Below, one piece after another: positions 16,869-24,771 of a stretch of DNA of 24,771 bases. Every line of letters begins with the position of its first letter. The first letter of the stretch is position 1. The DNA is from an uncultured Candidatus Rokubacteria bacterium (lineage in GTDB: Bacteria; Methylomirabilota; Methylomirabilia; Rokubacteriales; DASRDR01): the NCBI GenBank assembly GCA_963805625.1, contig CAWDVE010000003.1, positions 1 through 24,771 on the forward strand, written 5' to 3'. The notes beneath the pieces are model-generated. The model saw only the letters and a program-made list of their open reading frames with translations. It made no database searches and was not told the DNA's origin. Made by a program: the position numbers and the translations under genes.

Positions 16869-18497
16869 ATGGCCGAGTTCGCGTACCAGGACCTGTTGCC
16901 CTTGGGTGAGGACGTCACCCCGTATCGATTGCTGATGCGGGAGGGCGTGTCCACGCTCGAGGCCGGTGGCCGGCGCTTCCTCGAGGTGGACCCCGCGGCA
17001 CTCACCGAGCTCAGCCGGGCGGCGATGCGCGACATCGCCCACCTCTTCCGAACCGGTCACCTCCAGCAGCTGGCGGACATCCTCCAGGATCCGGAGGCCT
17101 CGCCGAACGACCGGTTCGTTACCCTCGAGCTCCTCAAGAACGCGTGTGTGGCGGCGGGTGGGGTGCTGCCGTCGTGTCAGGACACCGGCACGGCCATCGT
17201 CATGGGGAAGAAGGGCGAGCGCGTTCTCACCGGCGGGGGCGACGAGGCGGCGATAGCCCGGGGCGTGTTCGACGCGTACCGCACCGGCAACCTGCGCTAC
17301 TCCCAGCTCGCGCCGCTCGACATGTATCGAGAGGTCAACACCGGCTCGAACCTGCCGGCGCAGATCGAAGTCCACGCCGTGCCCGGCGACGAGTACCAAC
17401 TCCTGTTCCTGGCCAAGGGCGGCGGCTCGGCCAACAAGAGCTTCCTCTTCCAGGAGACGAAGGCCCTCCTGAATCCCCGGAGCCTCGCCGCGTTCCTGGA
17501 GGAGAAGGTCCGGTCGCTCGGTACCGCGGCGTGCCCGCCCTATCACCTCGCGGTGGTGATCGGCGGCACCTCGGCCGAATACACATTGAAGGTCGCCAAG
17601 CTCGCCTCCGCCCGCTACCTCGACAGCCTGCCGACCTCGGGCAACGAGCACGGGCGGGGGTTCCGAGATATCGCCCTCGAAGCAGAGGTCCACGAGATGA
17701 CGCGGCGACTCGGGATCGGCGCCCAGTTCGGCGGGAAGTACTTCTGCCACGACGTGCGGGTGATCCGGCTCCCGCGCCACGGCGCCTCCTGCCCGGTGGG
17801 AATCGCGGTGTCGTGCTCAGCCGACCGGCAGGCCCTCGGGAAGATCACGCGGGACGGCGTCTACCTGGAGCAGCTCGAGCCCGACCCCGCCCGCTTCCTG
17901 CCCGAGGTGGACGACACGGCCCTCCGGAGCGACGTCGTCCGGCTCGATCTCGGCCGGCCGATGGCGGAGGTGCGGGCCGAACTCTCGCGGCACCCGGTGC
18001 GGACCCGGCTCGCGCTCACCGGGCCCATGATCGTGGCCCGCGACATCGCGCACGCAAAGATCAAGGAGCGCCTCGATGCGGGCGAGGCAATGCCGGCATA
18101 CATGCGGGACCACGTGGTCTACTACGCCGGTCCCGCGAAGACGCCGAAGGGCTATGCGTCGGGGAGCTTCGGCCCGACGACGGCGGGGCGGATGGATGCC
18201 TACGTCGACCTCTTCCAGTCGCGGGGCGGAAGCCACGTCATGCTCGCCAAGGGGAACCGCTCTCGCGCGGTGATCGACGCGTGCCGCCGGCACGGGGGCT
18301 TCTATCTGGGGTCGATCGGGGGGCCCGCGGCGCGCCTGGCGCAGGACTTCATCCGCAAGGTCGAGGTGCTCGAGTACCCGGAGCTCGGCATGGAGGCCGT
18401 CTGGCGGATCCAGGTGGAAGACTTTCCCGCCTTCGTCGTCGTCGATGACAAGGGGAACGACTTCTTCGCCAGCCTGGGCGTGACCGCCAGGGACTGA
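16869..18497 (+). CDS. fumA: Fumarate hydratase class I ([4Fe-4S], single chain)
   Basis: [47 protein letters not shown]; RBS AGGAGG before ATG 16869. Confidence 0.95.
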   Translation: MAEFAYQDLLPLGEDVTPYRLLMREGVSTLEAGGRRFLEVDPAALTELSRAAMRDIAHLFRTGHLQQLADILQDPEASPNDRFVTLELLKNACVAAGGVLPSCQDTGTAIVMGKKGERVLTGGGDEAAIARGVFDAYRTGNLRYSQLAPLDMYREVNTGSNLPAQIEVHAVPGDEYQLLFLAKGGGSANKSFLFQETKALLNPRSLAAFLEEKVRSLGTAACPPYHLAVVIGGTSAEYTLKVAKLASARYLDSLPTSGNEHGRGFRDIALEAEVHEMTRRLGIGAQFGGKYFCHDVRVIRLPRHGASCPVGIAVSCSADRQALGKITRDGVYLEQLEPDPARFLPEVDDTALRSDVVRLDLGRPMAEVRAELSRHPVRTRLALTGPMIVARDIAHAKIKERLDAGEAMPAYMRDHVVYYAGPAKTPKGYASGSFGPTTAGRMDAYVDLFQSRGGSHVMLAKGNRSRAVIDACRRHGGFYLGSIGGPAARLAQDFIRKVEVLEYPELGMEAVWRIQVEDFPAFVVVDDKGNDFFASLGVTARD

Positions 18498-18508
18498 GTG
18501 CCGGCCCG

Positions 18509-18806
18509 TCAGGCCCGCGTCCAGCCGAACGCCCGCAGCGCCGAGACCGCCGCGAGGATCGATAGGATCACCAGCGCCGGGTACAGGAGGAGGAGGAGGT
18601 CGACCCGGATGTTGCACTCTTCCGAGCAGAGGATGCGCCACTTCATGCCGTACTCGTTAGGGGAGATAGAGGAGCCAGTCGAGAGCGGCCACCAGGACGA
18701 GGCGCCGCCCCGACCAGATCCACAGCGCGAGAAGGGCCGCCCCGGGAATGGCCGCGAGCCAGGGCCGGGCGATCAGGACCGCCATCGGCCGGTACGGCGC
18801 CTCCAT
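18509..18806 (-). pseudogene. Small membrane protein with a CxxxC motif, broken by a 1-bp insertion
   Basis: GGAGG + ATG 18806; ...WLLYLP then TAAC instead of TAC near 18657; the other frame continues EYGMKWRILCSEECNIRVDLLLLLYPALVILSILAAV...* at 18509. Confidence 0.65.
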
Positions 18807-18897
18807 GCGGGATCGCCTCCCACCCCTACAATAGCCGAGCGCGCGCCCCCGGCGAACACGACCGAGGGGACCATCCGCGCGCGAAAAAGGAGCGCTC

Positions 18898-20472
18898 ATG
18901 TTCGATCTGGTGCTGGCAGGCGGTCGCGTGGTGGACGGCACCGGCAGCCCCTGGTTTCGGGCGGACATAGGGGTTCGGGGCGATCGGATCGCCGCCGTCG
19001 GCGCCCTCGGCCGCGCCGAGACCCGGCGGCGGCTCGACGTCGCCGGCCGGGTCGTCGCGCCCGGCTTCGTCGACACGCATGTCCACGCCGACCTGGCGTT
19101 GCTCGCAGACCCGCTCCAGGAGGCCGCCATCCGCCAGGGTGTCACCACTTACCTCCTGGGCCAGGACGGCGTCGCGATGGCCCCGGCTTCTCCGGCGACC
19201 CTCGCGTACATGCGGCGCTACACGGCGGGGTTCAGCGGGCGCGCCGAGGTGCCGGATCCCTGGTCGAGCATGGCGGAGTACCTCGGGCGCTTCGACCGGC
19301 GGGCCGCGGTGAACGTCGCCTGTCTCGTGCCGAACGGGAACGTCCGCATGGACGTGATGGGGCTCGAGACGCGGCCGCCCACGGCGGATGAGCTGGCGCG
19401 GATGCGCCGCGTCGTCCGCCAGGCGATGGAGGAGGGCGCGGTCGGGTTGTCGAGCGGGCTCGACTACATCCCGAGCCGGTACGCCCAGGCCGAGGAGCTC
19501 GCGGAGCTCTGCCGGGAGATCGCGCCCTACGGCGGCGTCTACGTCACGCACATGCGCGGCTACTCGCCCGACAACGTCATCGGCGCGATGGACGAGGTCT
19601 TCCGAATCGCGCGCGAGGCCGGCGTCGCGGCGCTCATCTCCCACTTCAACAGCCGGGCCGACCTCGTCCTCCCGCACCTCGACCGGGCGCGCGCTGCGGG
19701 GCTCGACGTGGCCTTCGACCTCTACGGGTACCTCGCCGGCTCGACCATCCTCGGGATGATCGCGCTGCCGCCCTGGGTCCAGGAGGGCGGGGCCGACGCG
19801 ACGCTCGCGCGGCTCGGCGACCCGGCTGTGCGCGCGCGGCTCCGGGCCGAGGGCTTCGCCGGACCCCGGGGGCCGCTCGACGAGGTGCGCCTCAGCTACG
19901 TGGACGCGCCGGCCTACCGGGCCTACGAGGGTCTGACCCTTGCCGAGGCGGCGCGCCGCGCGACCGGACACGCCGGCTCCGAGGCCATCATCGACTTCGT
20001 GTGCGACGTGCTCGTGGCGTCGGCCCTCGCAGTCGGGTGCGTGGTCGCCCACCAGCAGCGGGCGGAGGGCGACGTGACGGCCCTTATGCGCCACCCGGCG
20101 ATGATGGGTGGCAGCGACGGCATCTTCGCCGGGGGCCGGCCTCACCCGCGCGGGTGGGGCTGCTTCGGCCGTTACCTCGGCCACTACGTGCGAGAGGCGC
20201 GCACGTGGACCCTGGAGGAAGCCGTGCAGCATCTGGCGGCCCATCCAGCCCGGCGGCTCGGATTCGGTGACCGCGGGTTGATCCGCCCCGGGATGACCGC
20301 GGATCTCGTGGTCTTCGACGCGGACCGGATCGGCGACCGCGCGACGTACGCCGACGGGCGGCAGCCCGCCGAGGGCGTGGACCACGTTCTCGTGAACGGG
20401 GAGCCCGTGCTGCTCGACGGCCAGCGCACACCCGCGCTTCCCGGCCGGGCGCTCCGGCCCGCGCGCGCCTAG
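18898..20472 (+). CDS. N-acyl-D-amino-acid deacylase (D-aminoacylase, amidohydrolase family)
   Basis: VVDGTGSP, PGFVDTHVHAD, SSGLDYIP, THMR, ISHF, GSDG, HPRGWG, DRATY. Confidence 0.9.
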   Translation: MFDLVLAGGRVVDGTGSPWFRADIGVRGDRIAAVGALGRAETRRRLDVAGRVVAPGFVDTHVHADLALLADPLQEAAIRQGVTTYLLGQDGVAMAPASPATLAYMRRYTAGFSGRAEVPDPWSSMAEYLGRFDRRAAVNVACLVPNGNVRMDVMGLETRPPTADELARMRRVVRQAMEEGAVGLSSGLDYIPSRYAQAEELAELCREIAPYGGVYVTHMRGYSPDNVIGAMDEVFRIAREAGVAALISHFNSRADLVLPHLDRARAAGLDVAFDLYGYLAGSTILGMIALPPWVQEGGADATLARLGDPAVRARLRAEGFAGPRGPLDEVRLSYVDAPAYRAYEGLTLAEAARRATGHAGSEAIIDFVCDVLVASALAVGCVVAHQQRAEGDVTALMRHPAMMGGSDGIFAGGRPHPRGWGCFGRYLGHYVREARTWTLEEAVQHLAAHPARRLGFGDRGLIRPGMTADLVVFDADRIGDRATYADGRQPAEGVDHVLVNGEPVLLDGQRTPALPGRALRPARA

Positions 20473-20523
20473 CGGGGCGGCTGGGGCCGTTCGGGCGGGG
20501 GCGGGACCGGGCCCCAGGGGCCT

Positions 20524-20925
20524 TCAGGTCGTCGACGGTCGGTTCGGTCCGGCCCCCCGCTCGCTCTCGAGGATCTCTACCTCGACCAGGGGGCTCTCGC
20601 GGACCCAGGCGTCCAGCTCCGCTGCATGCCCCAGTCGATCGAGGAGGCGCGAGAGGATCGCCCGGCGCCGCGCGGGGTCCACGATGGGCGTGGCGCGGGC
20701 GGGCAGGTCGGCCCGTACGACGCCCTTGAGATGGAAGGTGAACTCCGGGTGGGCCAGGAGGTTGGCGTGCCAGTCCCGGGTCCCCGGCGTCCCGGTGAGG
20801 TAGAGCTGGCCGTCGAGGTTGTGGAACCACATCTCGATCCGCTGCGGGCGGCCGGTCGCCCGCCCGGTCGTCGTGATGTCGATGGTGCGCTCGGTCTCGA
20901 GCGCGCGTCGGACGCGGGCATCCAT
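20524..20925 (-). CDS. Deazaflavin (F420)-dependent nitroreductase-family / DUF385-like oxidoreductase
   Basis: ITTTGRATGRPQRIEMWF, RDWHANLLAHP. Confidence 0.8.
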   Translation of the reverse strand: MDARVRRALETERTIDITTTGRATGRPQRIEMWFHNLDGQLYLTGTPGTRDWHANLLAHPEFTFHLKGVVRADLPARATPIVDPARRRAILSRLLDRLGHAAELDAWVRESPLVEVEILESERGAGPNRPSTT

Positions 20926-21065
20926 CACCGTTCCAGGATGCCGGGGCGGCGCCTCCGCGTAAACCCCGGCCGGCCGGGGCCTTGCGGCGCGAGGACGGTC
21001 GTGGAATCCTTTCGGTGCGGAGTGCCGTCCACCGAGAGTCCACCGGAGGCCTGAAGGAGAGCGGG

Positions 21066-22406
21066 ATGACCTCGACAGCCGTGGCACGTGAGATCGAGCG
21101 GTACGTCGCGAAGACCCCCAAGTCCCGGGCGCTCCAGGCCGAGGCCGAGCAAGTCCTGCCCGGCGGCAGCTCGCGCGGGACCGCGTACTTCGCCCCCTAT
21201 CCCTTCTTCGCGGACCACGGCGACGGCCACTACGTCTACGACGTCGACGGCAACCGCTATCTCGACTTCATGCTGAACGCGACGACGCTCATCGTCGGCC
21301 ACGCCAATCCCATGGTGGTCGAGGCGCTCGGCGAGCAAACGCGCAAGGGCACGGCGTTCAGCACGCCGACCGAGGTGCAGGTCCGGGTCGCGAAGCTCCT
21401 CTGTGACCGCATCCCCTCGCTCGACACGATCCGCTTCACGAACTCGGGGACCGAGGCGACGCTGATGGCCATCCGGGCCGCCTGGGCGTTCACCGGCAAG
21501 CACAAGCTCGCCAAGTTCGAGGGCGGCTATCACGGGGCTCACGAGCACGTTGCGGTGAGCGTCAGGCCGCCGGCGGACCGGCTCGATCCGGCGGGCCCGA
21601 CGGCGATTCCGGAGTACCCGGGCCAGCCGGTGGGTGTCCTCCGGGACGTGATCGTGCTCCCGTACAACGACCTCGCCGCCTGCGACGGCATCCTCCGCGC
21701 CCACAAGGACGAGGTGGGCGCGCTCATCATGGAGCCAGTCGTGTCGAGCTTCGGCTACGTCCCCGGCACCCCGGAGTTCCTCCGGGGCATCCGGAAGCTG
21801 ACGGAGGAGCTCAACATCGTCCTGATCTACGACGAGGTGCAGAGCCTCCGGATCGCGCCCGGCGGCGCCCAGGAGCTCTTCGGCGTGACCCCGGATCTCT
21901 CCTGCTTCGGGAAGATCATCGGCGGCGGGCTGCCGATCGGCGCGTTCGGCGGGCGGCGGGACATCATGGCGCAGTACGATCCCACGGCGGCCGGCGGCGC
22001 CCGCATCGCTCACGCGGGGACGTTCAACGCGAACCCGATGACGCTCGTGGCGGGCGAGGCCGTCATGCGCGCGCTGACGCCGCCGATCTACCGTCGGCTC
22101 GCCGAGCTGGGCGAGTCGCTCCGGCAGAAGCTCCGCCGGACCCTCCAGGCGACGGGCGTGCCGACCCAGGTGACCGGGATCGCCTCGCTCTTCGGGATCC
22201 ACTTCAACGCGCGGCCGATCAAGAGCTACCGTGACGTGGTGGCGGACGATGCCGAGATGACGCGAGGTCTCTACACGGGCCTGCTGAACGAGGGCATCCT
22301 CCTCCAGACCACGTGCGCCGGCGCCCTCGGCGTCATGACCACCGACACCGAGATCGACACGCTGGTCGACGCGGTCGGGCGCGTGGTCCGGCGCCTCCGC
22401 GAATAG
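21066..22406 (+). CDS. Class III PLP aminotransferase (GSA aminomutase-like paralog)
   Basis: DVDGNRYLDF, NSGTEA, FEGGYHG, IYDEV, FGKIIGGG (PLP Lys), GTFNANP; AAGGAG before ATG 21066. Confidence 0.9.
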   Translation: MTSTAVAREIERYVAKTPKSRALQAEAEQVLPGGSSRGTAYFAPYPFFADHGDGHYVYDVDGNRYLDFMLNATTLIVGHANPMVVEALGEQTRKGTAFSTPTEVQVRVAKLLCDRIPSLDTIRFTNSGTEATLMAIRAAWAFTGKHKLAKFEGGYHGAHEHVAVSVRPPADRLDPAGPTAIPEYPGQPVGVLRDVIVLPYNDLAACDGILRAHKDEVGALIMEPVVSSFGYVPGTPEFLRGIRKLTEELNIVLIYDEVQSLRIAPGGAQELFGVTPDLSCFGKIIGGGLPIGAFGGRRDIMAQYDPTAAGGARIAHAGTFNANPMTLVAGEAVMRALTPPIYRRLAELGESLRQKLRRTLQATGVPTQVTGIASLFGIHFNARPIKSYRDVVADDAEMTRGLYTGLLNEGILLQTTCAGALGVMTTDTEIDTLVDAVGRVVRRLRE

Positions 22407-22428
22407 CCGCGCGCCTGGATTGCCCGTG

Positions 22429-23808
22429 ATGCCGGCCGCCGACGTCGTCGTCTGCGGCGCCGGCATGGCCGGGGTTGCGGCCGCCTACCATCTGGCCGTG
22501 CGCCACGGCGTGCGACGCGTGGCGCTCGTCGACGAGCGTCCGCCGCTCTCGCTCACCAGCGACAAGTCCACCGAAGCCTACCGGAACTTCTGGCCCGGTC
22601 CCGACGATGCGATGGTCAGGTTCATGAACCGGAGCATCGACCTCCTGGAGGAGCTCGCCGAGGCGAGCGGCAACGTGTTCCGGATGAACCGGCGAGGCTA
22701 CGTGTTCGGCACGGCGGATCCGAGCCGTGCCACGGAACTCCAGGCGATGGCCGAGATCGTGGCCGGCTGGGGCGCCGGCCCCTTCCGGATCCACGACGGG
22801 CGCCCGGGGAACGCCGCCTACCCGCCGCCTTCTGCGGGAGACTGGCGCGCGCAGCCGGCGGGGATCGACCTCCTGCTGGACCGGGCCCTGATCCGGCGGC
22901 ACTTCCCGTACATCGTCGACGATATCGTGGCGCTGCTGCACGCCCGCCGATGCGGCTGGCTGTCCGGTCAGCAGCTCGGCATGCATCTCCTCGAGCTGGC
23001 CCGCCGCGCCGGGACCGACCTGATCGAGGGCCGCCTGGCCGCGGTGGACGTCGCGGGCGGCCGGGTCACTGGAGTGCGGATCGAAGGCCCCGGGGGTCGC
23101 CGGACTCTCGCCACGGACCGCCTGATCCTTGCCGCGGGGCCGCTCCTGCCCGATGCCGCGCGGCTCCTCGGCCTCACGCTCCCCGTGTTCTCGGAGCAGC
23201 ACCACAAGATCGCCATCGAGGACGCGCTAGGTGCGGTGCCGCGCGACGCCCCGTTCCTGATCTGGGACGACGCCCAGATGCTTGCCTGGAGCCCCGAGGA
23301 GCGCGCCGCACTCGAGGCCGAGCCCGGGCTTCGCTGGATGCTCGAGCCGTTCCCCCCGGGTGTCCACACGCGCCCGGAGGGCGCCAGCCCGGAGAGCCGA
23401 ACGCTGCTCGTCCTCTGGTCGTACGACTCCACGGCGACCGACGTCGTCTTCCCGATGCCGGAGCCGCCCTACTACACCGAACTCGTCCTCCGCGGGATGG
23501 CGCGCATGGTGCCGGCATTTTCCGGCTATCTCGACCCGATGCCGCGCGCCTACGTCGACGGCGGCTACTACGCGAAGACTCGCGAGAACCGCCCGCTGAT
23601 CGGCCCGCTGCCGGTGACCGGCGCCTACGTGTCGAGCGCGTACTCGGGCTTCGGCATCATGGCGGGGTGCGCCGGCGGCGAGCTGGTCGCCGCGCACGTC
23701 ACGGGGTCGGCGCTACCTGACTACGCGCCGGCCTTCGCCCTCTCGCGCTACGACGACCCCGCGTACATCCAGCGCATCGAGGCCTGCAGCGCCACCGGGC
23801 AGATCTAG
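22429..23808 (+). CDS. FAD-dependent oxidoreductase (D-amino acid oxidase/sarcosine oxidase-like)
   Basis: VVVCGAGMAG, LILAAG, TRENRPLIG, SGFGIM; start could also be 22420 or 22426. Confidence 0.88.
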   Translation: MPAADVVVCGAGMAGVAAAYHLAVRHGVRRVALVDERPPLSLTSDKSTEAYRNFWPGPDDAMVRFMNRSIDLLEELAEASGNVFRMNRRGYVFGTADPSRATELQAMAEIVAGWGAGPFRIHDGRPGNAAYPPPSAGDWRAQPAGIDLLLDRALIRRHFPYIVDDIVALLHARRCGWLSGQQLGMHLLELARRAGTDLIEGRLAAVDVAGGRVTGVRIEGPGGRRTLATDRLILAAGPLLPDAARLLGLTLPVFSEQHHKIAIEDALGAVPRDAPFLIWDDAQMLAWSPEERAALEAEPGLRWMLEPFPPGVHTRPEGASPESRTLLVLWSYDSTATDVVFPMPEPPYYTELVLRGMARMVPAFSGYLDPMPRAYVDGGYYAKTRENRPLIGPLPVTGAYVSSAYSGFGIMAGCAGGELVAAHVTGSALPDYAPAFALSRYDDPAYIQRIEACSATGQI

Positions 23809-23934
23809 GGACTGCCCCGGCGGTGTCCGAGCCCTCGGGCGCGGCCCGGGTCAGCTCGGCGGGGCGATCCGGATGTGCACGACGCCGGGCTGACTCTCGG
23901 CGGCGCGCAGCAGCCGTCCAGGGTCCAGCAGCGC

Positions 23935-24771
23935 TTAGCCGCCGTCCGCTCGTGGCCGCTGCCCCGGCGGCACCGAGTAGACCGGGACGGCCTGGCTCTT
24001 GCTCTTGAATTGCGCGGGGCCATGCGACTCCACGCGGATCCCGCTCCCCAGCCCGGCTCGCGTGTTCTCGTCGATGAGGATCGGCTGGCCGACAACCTTG
24101 GTATGCGCCTCCAGGTGAGCGGCGAGGTTCACGGTATCGCCCACGCAGGTGTAGGTCACGCGTCGCTCGGTGCCCGTGAAGCCGGCCACCAGCGGGCCGG
24201 ACGCGATGCCGATCCCGATGCGGATCTCGGCCCCACCCCGCGATGCCTGCTCCTGGTTGAACCCGTCCACCAGTTCCAGCATCTCCAGCGCCGCCCGCAC
24301 GGCTCGGGCCCGGTGATCCGCGTGGGGCAGCGGAGCCCCGAAGATCGCCATCAGGCCGTCTCCGAGCATCTGGTTGACGATCCCGCCGTGGCCCCCGATG
24401 GCGTCGAACATCAGCGTGTAGTAACTGTTCAGGAGCTCGATCGTCTCGGCCGGCGACAGGGTCTCGCTGAGGCGCGTGAACGCGCGGATGTCGGAGAACA
24501 TCACGCTCGCCTCGACGTGCTTGCCGCCCAGCGCCAGGCCGGTCGTCAGGAGCTCCTCGGCGACCTCGGCGGTCGCGAACTTCCGGAACAGCTCGCGTTG
24601 CCGGTCCCGGAGCCGCTTCTTCTCCAGGCTGGCGCCGACGCGGGCCCGGAGCAGGACCGGGTTCACCGGCTTGAAGAGGTAGTCCTCGGCGCCCATCTCG
24701 ATACACCGGGCGACGCTGTCGACCTCCTCTACCGACGACATCATCACCACCGGCAGGTCACGGAGGTGCGG
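23935..24771 (-). CDS. Receiver domain + class III nucleotide cyclase (5' partial)
   Basis: Frame open to the window edge: LPVVMMS...GAEDYLFKP (REC); FSDIRAFT, LGDGLMAIFG, IGIGIASG, GDTVNLA. Confidence 0.9.
   Translation of the reverse strand, partial: PHLRDLPVVMMSSVEEVDSVARCIEMGAEDYLFKPVNPVLLRARVGASLEKKRLRDRQRELFRKFATAEVAEELLTTGLALGGKHVEASVMFSDIRAFTRLSETLSPAETIELLNSYYTLMFDAIGGHGGIVNQMLGDGLMAIFGAPLPHADHRARAVRAALEMLELVDGFNQEQASRGGAEIRIGIGIASGPLVAGFTGTERRVTYTCVGDTVNLAAHLEAHTKVVGQPILIDENTRAGLGSGIRVESHGPAQFKSKSQAVPVYSVPPGQRPRADGG

Noticed and set aside
20481-20517. Intrinsic terminator between convergent genes (ctggggcc/ggccccag)
   Set aside because: Large loop and no U-tract; such stems are common by chance at this GC
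21066-22406. Calling this gene hemL
   Set aside because: Lacks the GGVNSPVR signature and has no tetrapyrrole context

Overview
High-GC bacterial window; GC and gene repertoire are reminiscent of Ca. Rokubacteria/Methylomirabilota, which is inference only. The left third (1-8700) is an accessory, decayed-mobile region. It holds a compact protein-sorting locus: an IPTL-CTERM-type surface protein facing an exosortase H-like gene with two apparently complete Cys-Arg-His domains plus a third membrane module, translationally coupled to a GT-C-like glycosyltransferase. The same region has an internally deleted IS110/IS1111 element sitting in the Shine-Dalgarno of the IPTL-CTERM gene, two orphan tRNA 3' halves (Val-like, Thr-like) that look like att junctions, a tyrosine-integrase C-terminal remnant and an acyl-CoA synthetase. 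The rest is mostly metabolic: a PotABCD-like ABC operon, SDR, low-GC SGNH hydrolase, REC-EAL protein, a decayed TAXI-TRAP/DUF1850 remnant, class I fumarase, D-aminoacylase, deazaflavin-dependent nitroreductase-family protein, class III aminotransferase, FAD oxidoreductase and a 5'-partial REC-class III nucleotide cyclase with atypical catalytic residues. All family assignments are by eye from remembered motifs; no database search was run.
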